Part shown: piece by piece, positions 30,541 through 40,263 of the stretch
Position numbering within the stretch: position 1 is the first letter of the stretch
Layout of the letters: each line of letters starts with the position of its first letter
The notes under the pieces: model-generated
The model's input: the letters and a program-made list of their open reading frames with translations, nothing else
What the model was told of the DNA's origin: nothing
Databases searched by the model: none
Program-made: the position numbers and the translations under genes
Source of the DNA: Candidatus Thorarchaeota archaeon
GTDB taxonomy: Archaea; Asgardarchaeota; Thorarchaeia; Thorarchaeales; Thorarchaeaceae
Assembly: GCA_046482545.1 (NCBI GenBank)
Contig: JAWOEX010000032.1
Span: forward strand, 32,001-96,000
Length of the DNA: 64,000 bases
Direction: 5' to 3'

Positions 30541-31416
30541 ATGTTGTTTGACCCAGGATTTACTGATTTGCTGCGGGATGCATTGCCATGGGCAGGCCCT
30601 TTCTTTCGCATCATCACCGAGCTAGGGTCGGAGACTTTCTACATTGCTTTCATTCTGATTGTATACTGGGTGTTCGACAAACGGTCTGCCCTCAGAACGG
30701 CATTTGTTCTCCTATCTAGTCTTCTGCTTAATTACTGGCTAAAGGCTATTATTCAGAATCCTAGGCCAGATCCAAGCAATTGGTACGGGGATTATGAGGC
30801 AAGCAATTACAGTACTCCGAGTGGCCATGCTCAGAATTCGGCGTCATTCTTTGGATGGATTGCGGCAGAAGCAAAGACCTATTGGGTGTATGTGCTTTCT
30901 TCTCTGCTGATATTCCTCATCGGAATTTCGCGAGTATATCTCGGCGTTCATTATCTGACGGATGTTGTGTTGGGCTGGTTTGTTGGTCTACTCCTCATTC
31001 TGGTGGTTGTCTTGTCAGAGGATTGGATTCAGAAACAGCTTTCCAAGCTCAGTAGATCACAGCTATATGGAGGGTTATTTGTTGTCGGACTTGTGGTCAC
31101 TCTCGTCAGTACGTATCTACTCCCTTCGGCCCCGGGAGATAACTTCGGTGCGCTAGGTGGTCTTGTGATGGGCATCGCGGTTGCCTTACCTCTGGAACAG
31201 AGGTATGTCGGCTTTGAAAGCAGTATCTCCAAGGATGCGAAATGGAAATCAATCCTCAGAATAATCATTGGGCTTGTTTTGGTAATTGCATCATTGATTG
31301 GCCTTGGTATTTTTCTACCATCCGAAATTGTATGGCTCAGAGCCCTCCGGTACGCAATCGTCGTATTTATCGGGGTATTTATCTGGCCTTATCTGTTTCA
31401 GAAGTCTGGCCTCTAG
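30541..31416 (+). CDS. PAP2-family membrane phosphatase
   Basis: K..IQNPRP, PSGHAQ, SRVYLGVHYLTDV. Confidence 0.93.
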   Translation: MLFDPGFTDLLRDALPWAGPFFRIITELGSETFYIAFILIVYWVFDKRSALRTAFVLLSSLLLNYWLKAIIQNPRPDPSNWYGDYEASNYSTPSGHAQNSASFFGWIAAEAKTYWVYVLSSLLIFLIGISRVYLGVHYLTDVVLGWFVGLLLILVVVLSEDWIQKQLSKLSRSQLYGGLFVVGLVVTLVSTYLLPSAPGDNFGALGGLVMGIAVALPLEQRYVGFESSISKDAKWKSILRIIIGLVLVIASLIGLGIFLPSEIVWLRALRYAIVVFIGVFIWPYLFQKSGL

Positions 31417-31444
31417 TTGTCAAAGACCTCGAAAATCAATAGAT

Positions 31445-33160
31445 TCAGAGGTATTCAGTTGCTTCCACCTGTGCTATCTTGACACCCGCGCTGTGGGCAT
31501 ATTTCTGCAGTAACTGCCAACATACAGCAAGCAGAACCGGCAGAATGAGGTAGGAATAGATTGGTCCTGCTATGATTCCAGCTATTACTATGCCAAATAT
31601 TCCAACGTAACCTACCAGATACGGAATAAGCTGTGCTCGCAAGATGCTCCAGCCCCGTATTGGCATCTGCACACTCGAACCTCGTTGACGTGTAACCCGT
31701 CTTTCAGCTTTGAAATCCCCTCCCATAGCAGCGGCATTTGCAGCAATCGCTCCAGATGCTAGATTGACTCCGACACAGCCAACTATAACACCTGGTAGGT
31801 ATATCCACAACTGAGGTGCGATGAAGAGTATCAGAATGGAAACTATGATACTTGCGATAAAGGTGAAGGGTGTGGCGCTGTATATCTTCCCCTTGATGTA
31901 ATCCTCCATATTCGCCGCGGCGAGCTGCAGTGTCATCAGGTTTTCACCTTCATACACCAGCTCATATCCAGCGAAGTAAAGCCCGTATGATGTAGCAAAG
32001 GGTATGAGGGCCGCTACTATCAGAAATGGTGTAAACTCGATGAACATCTCGCCCCCAACAAAAACGGGAAGAATAATCCAGATGACAAACCTGATAGGAC
32101 CAAGTAGATACTGTGTAACTACTCTTGCCTCTCTTCTTATAGATGCCCAGTTTCGCCATATTGAAACCGAAACGGTCTGGTTGAAATTAAATCCAGGAAT
32201 CGGGTTCGGATCCCATGGCTCGTGCTCTATTTCGGTTTCATCCTTAGTTGTTCTTTCCGTAGGTTGTGCTAACCAACCACTGTAATGTGCCATTTCACTG
32301 GCGTAGGAATTGACATAGACTAGACTGATTCCGATTAGGGCCATCATAAATGCGTACAGGACGTCGGCAATCTGGAACTGTGCGCCAAACAGGAGGCCAA
32401 GAGAAAGTTTGCTCGCTATGTATCCCGGCGTGATATCTGAAGACAGTCCGAGACGTCCGGCCCATTCTAGGATAGTATCAAAGAATGCAAATCCGTTGCT
32501 TCTTCTTAGATAGAAACTTGCATACCAGAGTGTGCTTCCTACTATCGCGACTGCACTCACGATAGCAGTACCTACTTGTCTCAGCAAGCGGCGTCCGGCC
32601 ACAAGTCGTGCCGCGCCAAGTCCAATCAATCCGCCAGCAGATACGCCCATGATAATTAGGATTAACAATGATACCACGAAGACAGGTACTGCTAGGGGCG
32701 CCAAGAGTTGGGGGGAGACTATGCTGAAACCGATGAAAATCGGTGTACCGATAACAAGCCAAAAAATGGAATTGTACAGAACAATAACCAGCGTTTTTTC
32801 CAGAAAAATTGTTCTCAGCTGGACAGGAAATACCATTAGATATTCCATTCTCTTGCTATTGCCTACTGTACTCACAGAAACCATGATGGAACCGATAAAG
32901 GAAAATAACAACACCGCATTGAAGATGGTAGCAGCGAAGCCGAGATTCTGACTGGCAATCTCCGAGATCTGAGGCCATATTGGGGGCACTAGAGTCACAA
33001 TAATCCAAATGATGAATGCCCCAACCCCCCCAGCCAAAAGAATCGGCCAAGTCCTTTTCAAGATATTTTCTTTTTCTGTTCGTTTTCCTTCGGGTGCCCT
33101 GATACGAAGAGCCTTTCCTATATCATGCCGAAGTATGATGAGTAGGTCTGAGAGGTCCAC
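31445..33160 (-). CDS. ABC exporter permease (multi-TM)
   Basis: About 12-14 TM segments; directly downstream of ABC ATPase. Confidence 0.75.
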   Translation of the reverse strand: MDLSDLLIILRHDIGKALRIRAPEGKRTEKENILKRTWPILLAGGVGAFIIWIIVTLVPPIWPQISEIASQNLGFAATIFNAVLLFSFIGSIMVSVSTVGNSKRMEYLMVFPVQLRTIFLEKTLVIVLYNSIFWLVIGTPIFIGFSIVSPQLLAPLAVPVFVVSLLILIIMGVSAGGLIGLGAARLVAGRRLLRQVGTAIVSAVAIVGSTLWYASFYLRRSNGFAFFDTILEWAGRLGLSSDITPGYIASKLSLGLLFGAQFQIADVLYAFMMALIGISLVYVNSYASEMAHYSGWLAQPTERTTKDETEIEHEPWDPNPIPGFNFNQTVSVSIWRNWASIRREARVVTQYLLGPIRFVIWIILPVFVGGEMFIEFTPFLIVAALIPFATSYGLYFAGYELVYEGENLMTLQLAAANMEDYIKGKIYSATPFTFIASIIVSILILFIAPQLWIYLPGVIVGCVGVNLASGAIAANAAAMGGDFKAERRVTRQRGSSVQMPIRGWSILRAQLIPYLVGYVGIFGIVIAGIIAGPIYSYLILPVLLAVCWQLLQKYAHSAGVKIAQVEATEYL

Positions 33161-33162
33161 AC

Positions 33163-33942
33163 CTACTCCCCCGTGTCTTCTGAGTTTTGCAGGTACTGCA
33201 AAATCAATTGCATGTCAGGTCCGCCTGTGAGGTCGAGGAAGATCTCCTCAAGACTCTCTTCACCTTCAGCTTTCTGACGGAGCTTATCCATCGTACCTTC
33301 GGCAATGAGCTTCCCCTCATCAATAATGCCTATCCTATCACACATCTGCTCTGCAATTTCGAGAATATGTGTACTCATCAGAATCGAGGCCCCTCGTTCT
33401 TTCAAACCATTCAGAATCTCTTTAATAGTTGCGGCTCCCCTAGGGTCAATTCCCGCCTGCACTTCATCGAGAATGAGTACTTTGGGACGGTGTATTAGTG
33501 CGGCAACGAGACTAATCTTCCTTGCCATCCCTTTCGAATACGCTTCGATTAGGTCATTGCTTGCATCTTGAATATCAAGAAGAACGAGTAGGTCTTCAAT
33601 ATCCTCTTCTCTTTCAGGACCGCGGGGCATCCTCCATATGTCCGCCACATAATTTGTATATTCCCATCCGGTCATCCGTTCAGGTAGCACCGGATCTTCG
33701 GGTACATACCCCATCACCTTTTTCGCCTTAACTAGGTCTTTTCGAATATCGTGACCGTTGATGAGGGCGGTACCATTGTCTGGCCTTAGGAGGCCTAGAA
33801 GCATCCGCATGGTTGTTGACTTGCCAGAACCATTTGGACCTAGCAGACCGTATACAGCGCCTGATGCAACTTCAAAGGATAGATTATCCACCGCCTTGAA
33901 ATCCTCACCGAAGACCTTCGTCAAACCCTTAGATTGAATCAT
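33163..33942 (-). CDS. ABC transporter ATP-binding protein
   Basis: GPNGSGKS, YSKGM, LILDE, STH. Confidence 0.95.
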   Translation of the reverse strand: MIQSKGLTKVFGEDFKAVDNLSFEVASGAVYGLLGPNGSGKSTTMRMLLGLLRPDNGTALINGHDIRKDLVKAKKVMGYVPEDPVLPERMTGWEYTNYVADIWRMPRGPEREEDIEDLLVLLDIQDASNDLIEAYSKGMARKISLVAALIHRPKVLILDEVQAGIDPRGAATIKEILNGLKERGASILMSTHILEIAEQMCDRIGIIDEGKLIAEGTMDKLRQKAEGEESLEEIFLDLTGGPDMQLILQYLQNSEDTGE

Positions 33943-34039
33943 GGCGAGTCAGCTCTCTCACTTTTCCAATATGATTTATGCCTTGGCATCGTTGTCTAGT
34001 CCAAAGCTATTATTAGGTTGAGCATACCCCATAGTCGTT

Positions 34040-35134
34040 ATGACCGTTGAAACTTGGCGCCTGTTGGATCTAGGTGCAATAGACCCCCTTGAGACACAGA
34101 TTATTTACGACATGATAGCACAAGGCATCACTGAAGGCAAGTCCCCGAATACTATCATCATATGCTGGCCTGCTGAACCGCTTGTCAGTGTTGGATACTT
34201 CCAGGAAATTGAGAAGGATATTGACCTAGCATATTGCCAAACTAATGATATCGTTGTCACCCGCCGTGTCATTGGCGGTGGGGGGGTGTATCTGGATGAT
34301 GGACAGTTGTTCTATCAGATAATAGGCAGAATCGATAGCCCAACCACTCCCAGAGGAATTGATGCGTACTATCGCAAGTTCCTAGAAGCTCCAGTTCAAG
34401 CATACAGGAATCTAGGTATGGATGCTGAGTTCCGACCCGTTAATGATATCCAAGTAGCCGAGAAGAAGGTTTCTGGGAATGGTGCTGGTGATGTTGGTGA
34501 TGCACGCATTCTTACTGGCAATCTGATTTTGGACTTTGACTTCGAGATGATGGCTCGAGTATTGAAAGTACCCAGCGAAAAATTCAGAGACAAGGTTTTC
34601 CAGAGCCTCAAAGAACGCATGTCGACGATCAAGCTGGAAACTGGTTCCATGCCCGATAAAGAGGACTTGAAGAAGGACTTGGTGAAGCTCTATGAAGAAA
34701 CGCTTGACATCAAGCTAGAGCCTGGTAACCTAAGCGAGTGGGAAAAGAAGAAGATGAGTGACTTGCGAGGAAAATACCTTTCTGACGAGTGGTTACACTG
34801 GCGGAGTGGGGGAAGGCTCGATGTACGAACGGTGAAAATATCCGCAAATGCTTCGATTGGTACTGCAAATCACAAGGCACCTGGAGGGCTCATCAGAGTA
34901 ACTGCAAAGGAAGTTGATGATATAATCGATGAGATTGTAATCAGTGGCGACTTCTTTATGCTGCCTTCTGGTGCGATTGATGATTTGGAAAAGGCTCTTG
35001 TAGGGACCAAACTTGATGAACAGTCAGTACTCGAACGCATAGAAAAGGCATACTCTGAGCTTGATATTGACTCCCCAGGTGTGAAACCTGAAGATCTACA
35101 GAAGGCTGTTATGCTAACATTTGAGCAGAAGTAA
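34040..35134 (+). CDS. lplA: Lipoate-protein ligase A family (with C-terminal domain)
   Basis: RRVIGGGGVYLD, NDI..KKVSGNG, HKAPGGLIRV..ISGDFF. Confidence 0.88.
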   Translation: MTVETWRLLDLGAIDPLETQIIYDMIAQGITEGKSPNTIIICWPAEPLVSVGYFQEIEKDIDLAYCQTNDIVVTRRVIGGGGVYLDDGQLFYQIIGRIDSPTTPRGIDAYYRKFLEAPVQAYRNLGMDAEFRPVNDIQVAEKKVSGNGAGDVGDARILTGNLILDFDFEMMARVLKVPSEKFRDKVFQSLKERMSTIKLETGSMPDKEDLKKDLVKLYEETLDIKLEPGNLSEWEKKKMSDLRGKYLSDEWLHWRSGGRLDVRTVKISANASIGTANHKAPGGLIRVTAKEVDDIIDEIVISGDFFMLPSGAIDDLEKALVGTKLDEQSVLERIEKAYSELDIDSPGVKPEDLQKAVMLTFEQK

Positions 35135-35180
35135 AGGCGCAATCGATTTGCTCTTCAACTTCTGTTCGTATGTGGATTGC

Positions 35181-35999
35181 CTAACGAACTACAACATCCG
35201 TCGCTTCAATATCCTCTCCCTTGAGCAGAGCTTCAAGATTGCCATACTCCATCATTGAGAAGAGGGATACTTCCGACCCCGCTTCAACGAGATCTTTGGC
35301 CGGCACAATCGAATTCAATTTGCCTTTCATAGCTCCACTGGCATCAACGACATCTGATTTTCCCATCTCCTCTAAGACTGAATCAATCTGATTCAGGTTC
35401 ACTTCCTTCATGAGGGATGCATCTGGGTGAGTTTTGGGATCTGTATCGTATACGCCGGACACATCACATGCAAACAAGAGCCGCTTTGCTCCAAGCTCCC
35501 GGGCAATAACCACGGCCATCTGATCGCCGCTTCCTACACTCCATCCCATTGCAGGGTCGATGATGATATCCCCACCTAAGAGAGGAACCATTGCGATATC
35601 CACCCATCCCTTGAGCGGCTCGAAGAAGTATCTCACTATCTGCATTTCTTCTTGGATAAGCATAGATGACGGGTACATCAAGCATATAGGCACTCCGACT
35701 TCTTGAAACTGCTTCACAATGATGTTCCTCAGCTCAGCTACTTCCGACTGGGTTCTAGAAAGTGGGAGGAGCTGCTCTGACCCCAGGTATCCTTTGTGGA
35801 GCTTATGTTTCAGAACCGGTGGATGGCCATAAGACCCAACTCCGTGTATGAGAATCAAGCCCTGAATCAACCCCTCGTCGAGGCATTCTTTCACTTCTTG
35901 AGATACCCTCTGTAGAACTTCGTGCCGTACGGTATATGGTTGTGATTTGTCAGTTATGAGGGACCCGCCAAGTTTGAGGATAGTAAGTTCTTCTTCCAT
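35181..35999 (-). CDS. ipk: Isopentenyl phosphate kinase
   Basis: LKLGGSLITDK, HGVGSYGH, SGD, DVSGVY, DASGAMKGK. Confidence 0.9.
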   Translation of the reverse strand: MEEELTILKLGGSLITDKSQPYTVRHEVLQRVSQEVKECLDEGLIQGLILIHGVGSYGHPPVLKHKLHKGYLGSEQLLPLSRTQSEVAELRNIIVKQFQEVGVPICLMYPSSMLIQEEMQIVRYFFEPLKGWVDIAMVPLLGGDIIIDPAMGWSVGSGDQMAVVIARELGAKRLLFACDVSGVYDTDPKTHPDASLMKEVNLNQIDSVLEEMGKSDVVDASGAMKGKLNSIVPAKDLVEAGSEVSLFSMMEYGNLEALLKGEDIEATDVVVR

Positions 36000-36687
36000 T
36001 CTACCACATCACATCAGAAACATTCCAGATGGCCGCAGTTTTGTTCTCGCAGCCGGTAGCGCTTCTGGTTTTGTCAATGATCTACACCACCATGCCATTT
36101 GAATGTAGCAAGCTTGGTGACATGCCTACTCGTATCAACATCCTGCTTACGTAGACTTCTCATGGGTGTCCACTAGAAACATATCATTTTATTGTATAAA
36201 AAACGTTCTATCCATATTTTTGTTGAAGGGACTGAGGTGTTAATTCGGATGATGAAATGTTCAACCGGCGACTCGTGTTCTTGGATACTATTCTTGTTTG
36301 CGGCGTTATCTGCAAACAAGCCGTGAACCTCGAAAAGCGGGACCATGGTTCCCCTTCCTGCCGGAAAACCCACAGATGACCGGCTGGATTGATTAGGAAG
36401 TACTCCGACCACTTGCACGGCTTATTGCTTCTTGTTCTGCGGGGAAGTATGTAATGCAACAGTCAGTGGTCTCACTTTTGTCAATATTTGCCCTTGAATA
36501 ATTTCATAGTCAAATGCTAGAACCACTATTGAGCTTACCTAAATGTAGAGGGAATAATTGAGCATTGGAATGGAAGAAACCGCTTGTATGATTGGTCGTG
36601 ATTCTCAGTATGATTCTGAATATTAATGCAAGAACCGACACAAAATCTATTACGATACAGACCCTCTGATTCCCGGGAGGACGAGGA

Positions 36688-37152
36688 ATGGCGGACAACG
36701 AAAACGACGAACCGGACGTTTCTCCGAAGATGCTAAGCTGGATAATGGTGGCAATCTCTCTACTTGCACCAATGGCGTTCAGCTTCGGTTTCTATCCCGA
36801 GATACATTTTCAAATTGAAGCATGTCTATGGGTTCTTCATGTTGAAGGAAATACAATCTATGGACCTTTCTTTGCTCTTCTACCCTCTCTTGATAGATTG
36901 TTCATAATTTCTCTACGGATACTCTATGTGTATATGTTCTATCTTTACTATCAAAACAAGGTCTCAAGGAGAACTGCGCTAATAACAGGGATTCTCGTTG
37001 AAATGCTCCCATTTGCAGTAGTTCTGTATTTTGCAGGAAGTATTCCCCCTCTTGCCCCTGTGCCACTGTTACTTCTAAGCGGTATCTTACTAATGTATGG
37101 GCTTCCTGCCAAAGACATTCACTCTCCATGGGACAATGAATCCCCTATGTAA
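36688..37152 (+). CDS. Hypothetical membrane protein (about 4 TM)
   Basis: Hydrophobic 154-aa ORF with GGAGG upstream. Confidence 0.7.
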   Translation: MADNENDEPDVSPKMLSWIMVAISLLAPMAFSFGFYPEIHFQIEACLWVLHVEGNTIYGPFFALLPSLDRLFIISLRILYVYMFYLYYQNKVSRRTALITGILVEMLPFAVVLYFAGSIPPLAPVPLLLLSGILLMYGLPAKDIHSPWDNESPM

Positions 37153-37264
37153 TTTGCTAACCCAATTTCATGCAGATGCAGAGAACTTGCAGGATTACCA
37201 TTTCTCTAGTCGTATTATCAGCTGCGTTTGGTTAGAAAGAGAACTGTTTTAGTACTAGAAGGGC

Positions 37265-37822
37265 TTATCTTCTCTTGACCGCTACGAGGAGGACTACTGG
37301 TGCCATAACTAGCAGTGATACCCCCAGAAGCAGCGGAGTGATCCGAATAATGGTTTCAAGGGGCGAATGTTCGACCGCAGAACCTGTCTGTGTTATAGTC
37401 ATGTTGACTGACACCTCATCAATGACTCCCATGTTCGTGATATTGAGGATATAATCCTCGTAAAGTGGCGTAAAGGTGGTGTTGACGCAGGGGGCATCTC
37501 CCCGATACAGAATGTGTCTACCCTTGCCGTCTTTGGTTATCTCAATCTTCACAACAACATCAGAAGTATCCAGTGCTTTAGGACGAACGTTTGCGGTTAT
37601 TCTATGTGGTGCATTCTTGACCAGCACGAGATTGCGGCGGTAGCTTTCCCGTGCTGCTAAGGAAATATCTACTGCATGGAAAACAGAAATCTCTTCTCCA
37701 AGAACCGCCGTCAATTGCAGAGAGTGAAGGGAAAAAAGGAGAAAAACAAGCACTCCTCCCCTTAGTAGAGGTAAAGATGTTTTCTCCTTTTCGCAGTCTC
37801 TATTCAGTTCCAATACATCCAT
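37265..37822 (-). CDS. Type I membrane protein with small beta-sandwich ectodomain
   Basis: Signal-like N-terminus, beta-rich middle, C-terminal TM ending KRR. Confidence 0.65.
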   Translation of the reverse strand: MDVLELNRDCEKEKTSLPLLRGGVLVFLLFSLHSLQLTAVLGEEISVFHAVDISLAARESYRRNLVLVKNAPHRITANVRPKALDTSDVVVKIEITKDGKGRHILYRGDAPCVNTTFTPLYEDYILNITNMGVIDEVSVNMTITQTGSAVEHSPLETIIRITPLLLGVSLLVMAPVVLLVAVKRR

Positions 37823-38298
37823 AATTCAGGCTCGCGGCCGAAGATCCATCCATCACACTTAAAGTCCAAGGAGCTGGTGTCTATAAACTTCACTTGCAGT
37901 ACTGAGGATGTTGCGTCTGCAACTGTAATCTTCATATCTCCCAACCACCAATCACAATTACATATCCATATCCACTCACCTGAACTCCCCCATCCGTAGT
38001 AGACCTGCAATGTCTCCGGTCCAAGTGCCGTATAGCTATCATAATCTATTCGTATCTTGTATGTATGCGCGGATTGATCCACGTTCTCTATTATGAAAAT
38101 GATGACCATATCGTACATCCCCTGTGTACCTCCTTCGATGGCCTTGTTTTTATCTTCATCCCAAGTTCCCGGGTTGTCGTCGAAATCATCGTACCGTTCC
38201 ACACCAATCTCGCTCCAAGCTCTAACTGACACGATTAACAATAGTGAAACGGTCATGACTAAAAGTGCAAATGAAAATATTTTATATTTCGATTTCAT
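37804..38298 (-). CDS. Secreted hypothetical protein
   Basis: Signal peptide MKSKYKIFSFALLVMTVSLLLIVSVRA; D/W-rich mature part. Confidence 0.65.
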   Translation of the reverse strand: MKSKYKIFSFALLVMTVSLLLIVSVRAWSEIGVERYDDFDDNPGTWDEDKNKAIEGGTQGMYDMVIIFIIENVDQSAHTYKIRIDYDSYTALGPETLQVYYGWGSSGEWIWICNCDWWLGDMKITVADATSSVLQVKFIDTSSLDFKCDGWIFGREPELWMYWN

Positions 38299-38379
38299 TA
38301 TCCCACACCTTTCCACTCGTGAATAGGTAACTGTTCGTATAATCATATGGAGATTTCTTTATTAATATTATGCAAATAT

Positions 38380-39000
38380 TGACCGCGTGTAAAAAAGTAC
38401 CCGCGGTCACACTCCAAGAAATTGAGCTGCTTGATATTGTACAACCCACTTTGAGCAGTAGCTCTCCCCGTCGTTCCCTATAGCCTCTCGAACTCAGACT
38501 CCCTCCGAATCCCGCTTTCAGCATGCTGAACACGGTTTCCGCCAGACTCCGTCGCCCGTACTGGTGTATCTCTTTCCATTCTTCAGCTCCCTCCTGATAT
38601 TCGTGAACCAGCTGTCGGTAGGCAGGGCGTCCCTCGTGATCTGGGTACCGCGTTCTCCTTCGGCTCGGTGGCCGGGTACGCACCAACATCACTGATGAAC
38701 TGGACATTCTTCCGTGAGATGTAACCCTTGTCACCATACACGACCTCAAGGTGCGTAGGATTGACCCTGCGGACCAGCGCCACTAGGTGTTGCGCATCAC
38801 CACCTGGACTCGCCCGGACGCGGGAGGCAGTGATCATCAGACTATCGCTGTCGCCGGAGTGATGGACCGGAGCACGACAGGAGACAGAATCCAGGACCGC
38901 GGGAGGAATCCTGTTCCAGTGAACGCGGACAAAGCCCTTGCTGACCCACGGGCCTACGGGTACCGTGGGGGCGGCGACGCTGGCAGGGGAAGGGTGGAAC
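38380..39000 (-). mobile_element. Frameshifted IS5-family (DDE) transposase remnant
   Basis: Frame 1 has GDKGYISRKN..PKENA; frame 2 has YGRRSLAETVFSMLK..FG; GC-richer than flanks; ends approximate. Confidence 0.8.
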
Positions 39001-39004
39001 ACAG

Positions 39005-39268
39005 GAGTTTCCTCAGTTGGGTTCACTCACTCAACTGTAAGAAACAGGTTATCTGGACTCAAGTACCCTTTGTGGAGATTGCTTTAAACCGGCGGATGAC
39101 CTAGGCGTCGGCTCCATAAATCAGAATTAAGCACTGAATCGACCCCTCGTCTAGTCATTACTTCACTTCCATGGAAACGCCCTCTAGAATCTCGTTGCGT
39201 ACGGTTTGAGCTCTTGATTTATCGGTTTTGAGGGACCCGCCAAGTTTGAGGATGAGTCCCTGCTCCAT
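39005..39268 (-). pseudogene. Decayed 5' duplicate of ipk
   Basis: MEQGLILKLGGSLKTDKS..EVK**LDEGSIQ..GHPPV..LHKGYL aligns to IPK N-terminus; identical TGAGGGACCCGCCAAGTTTGAGGAT at ~35957 and ~39229. Confidence 0.85.
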
Positions 39269-39286
39269 CTTAAAGTACTGCTGAGA

Positions 39287-40090
39287 TTAGAACAGCGTAG
39301 TCATTGGATATGGCCAGTAAAACCCGAGATATGGTAGGAGCAGGACCATGATTATCGTTGCTATCGGTATGGAGAGGTTATCATAGCCCGAGGGAGTTAT
39401 TGCTTCCACAATAGTTGCTACGATGCTTACGACGACAATCGGAATAATCAAATCAATAACTGAGAATGCAGTTACTTCCAGAGAGAATATGGCAACGAGA
39501 AAGATACTGAAGAGAAATGAGCCAATGAACATTCCAATGGAACCGACGACCGTCTTCTCTGCACCGCCAAATCCAAATTTCTTGGCACCTCCGTATTTCC
39601 TTCCTATGACATCTGCCAGACCATCACCGCCTGCCAGACAACCAAAAACGACGAGTGCCATAGGTGTTGCACCGGCCAGGTTTCCACCAGCGGGTACATA
39701 GAACCACAGAATGCCCACAATCAGCATGATGAAGGCATAGTACAACGTACCTTCCAAGAGCTCTCTTGGATCTCCACTTCGCGACATTGAGCCGACAAAA
39801 TCTTCATTCTTCATGGCACCTGTTCCAATAGCTGCAAAGAGAAGCACAAAGAGCAAAGGCACAACCATAGCGAGCCAGCGACTGAATAGACCACCTGAAA
39901 ACAGTAACCAGCTGACCACCCACACGGGTGCTGCAAACGTGTGGATCGTCTTTCGAGTGACTGTAGCTGATAGTGCACCGCTCTTCTCAATTGCTGCGTT
40001 TATCTGAACTAACATCAACACCAAGATAAACGAAATGAAGAAGGCGACAATGTCCCATATTACACCGAGATTTAGGGGGTCAAATACCAT
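39287..40090 (-). CDS. CTP-dependent isoprenoid alcohol kinase (phytol/farnesol/dolichol kinase family)
   Basis: RKTIH, SMSRSGDPRELLEGTLYY, GDGLADVIGRKYG, KTVVGS, E..TPSGYDN. Confidence 0.88.
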   Translation of the reverse strand: MVFDPLNLGVIWDIVAFFISFILVLMLVQINAAIEKSGALSATVTRKTIHTFAAPVWVVSWLLFSGGLFSRWLAMVVPLLFVLLFAAIGTGAMKNEDFVGSMSRSGDPRELLEGTLYYAFIMLIVGILWFYVPAGGNLAGATPMALVVFGCLAGGDGLADVIGRKYGGAKKFGFGGAEKTVVGSIGMFIGSFLFSIFLVAIFSLEVTAFSVIDLIIPIVVVSIVATIVEAITPSGYDNLSIPIATIIMVLLLPYLGFYWPYPMTTLF

Positions 40091-40263
40091 CTCTTTTCCT
40101 CCGAAAACGGATTATATCAAAAGGAGAACCTACTATGGCCTAAAAATCTATTGAGTAGACGATTTCGAATACGTCATTTGTCGATGTTGACTCTGATGGT
40201 TTGTAGACCTCTGTGACACAAGCTTGAAGAACTTGGATTGCGCCGATATGGTAGGCGGTATAC

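Noticed and set aside
36173-36459. Two overlapping short minus-strand ORFs
   Set aside because: Possibly decayed sequence, but no identifiable homology
38380-38409. TGACCGCG..CGCGGTCA inverted repeat as an IS terminal repeat pair
   Set aside because: Both arms lie at one end; no matching left end found
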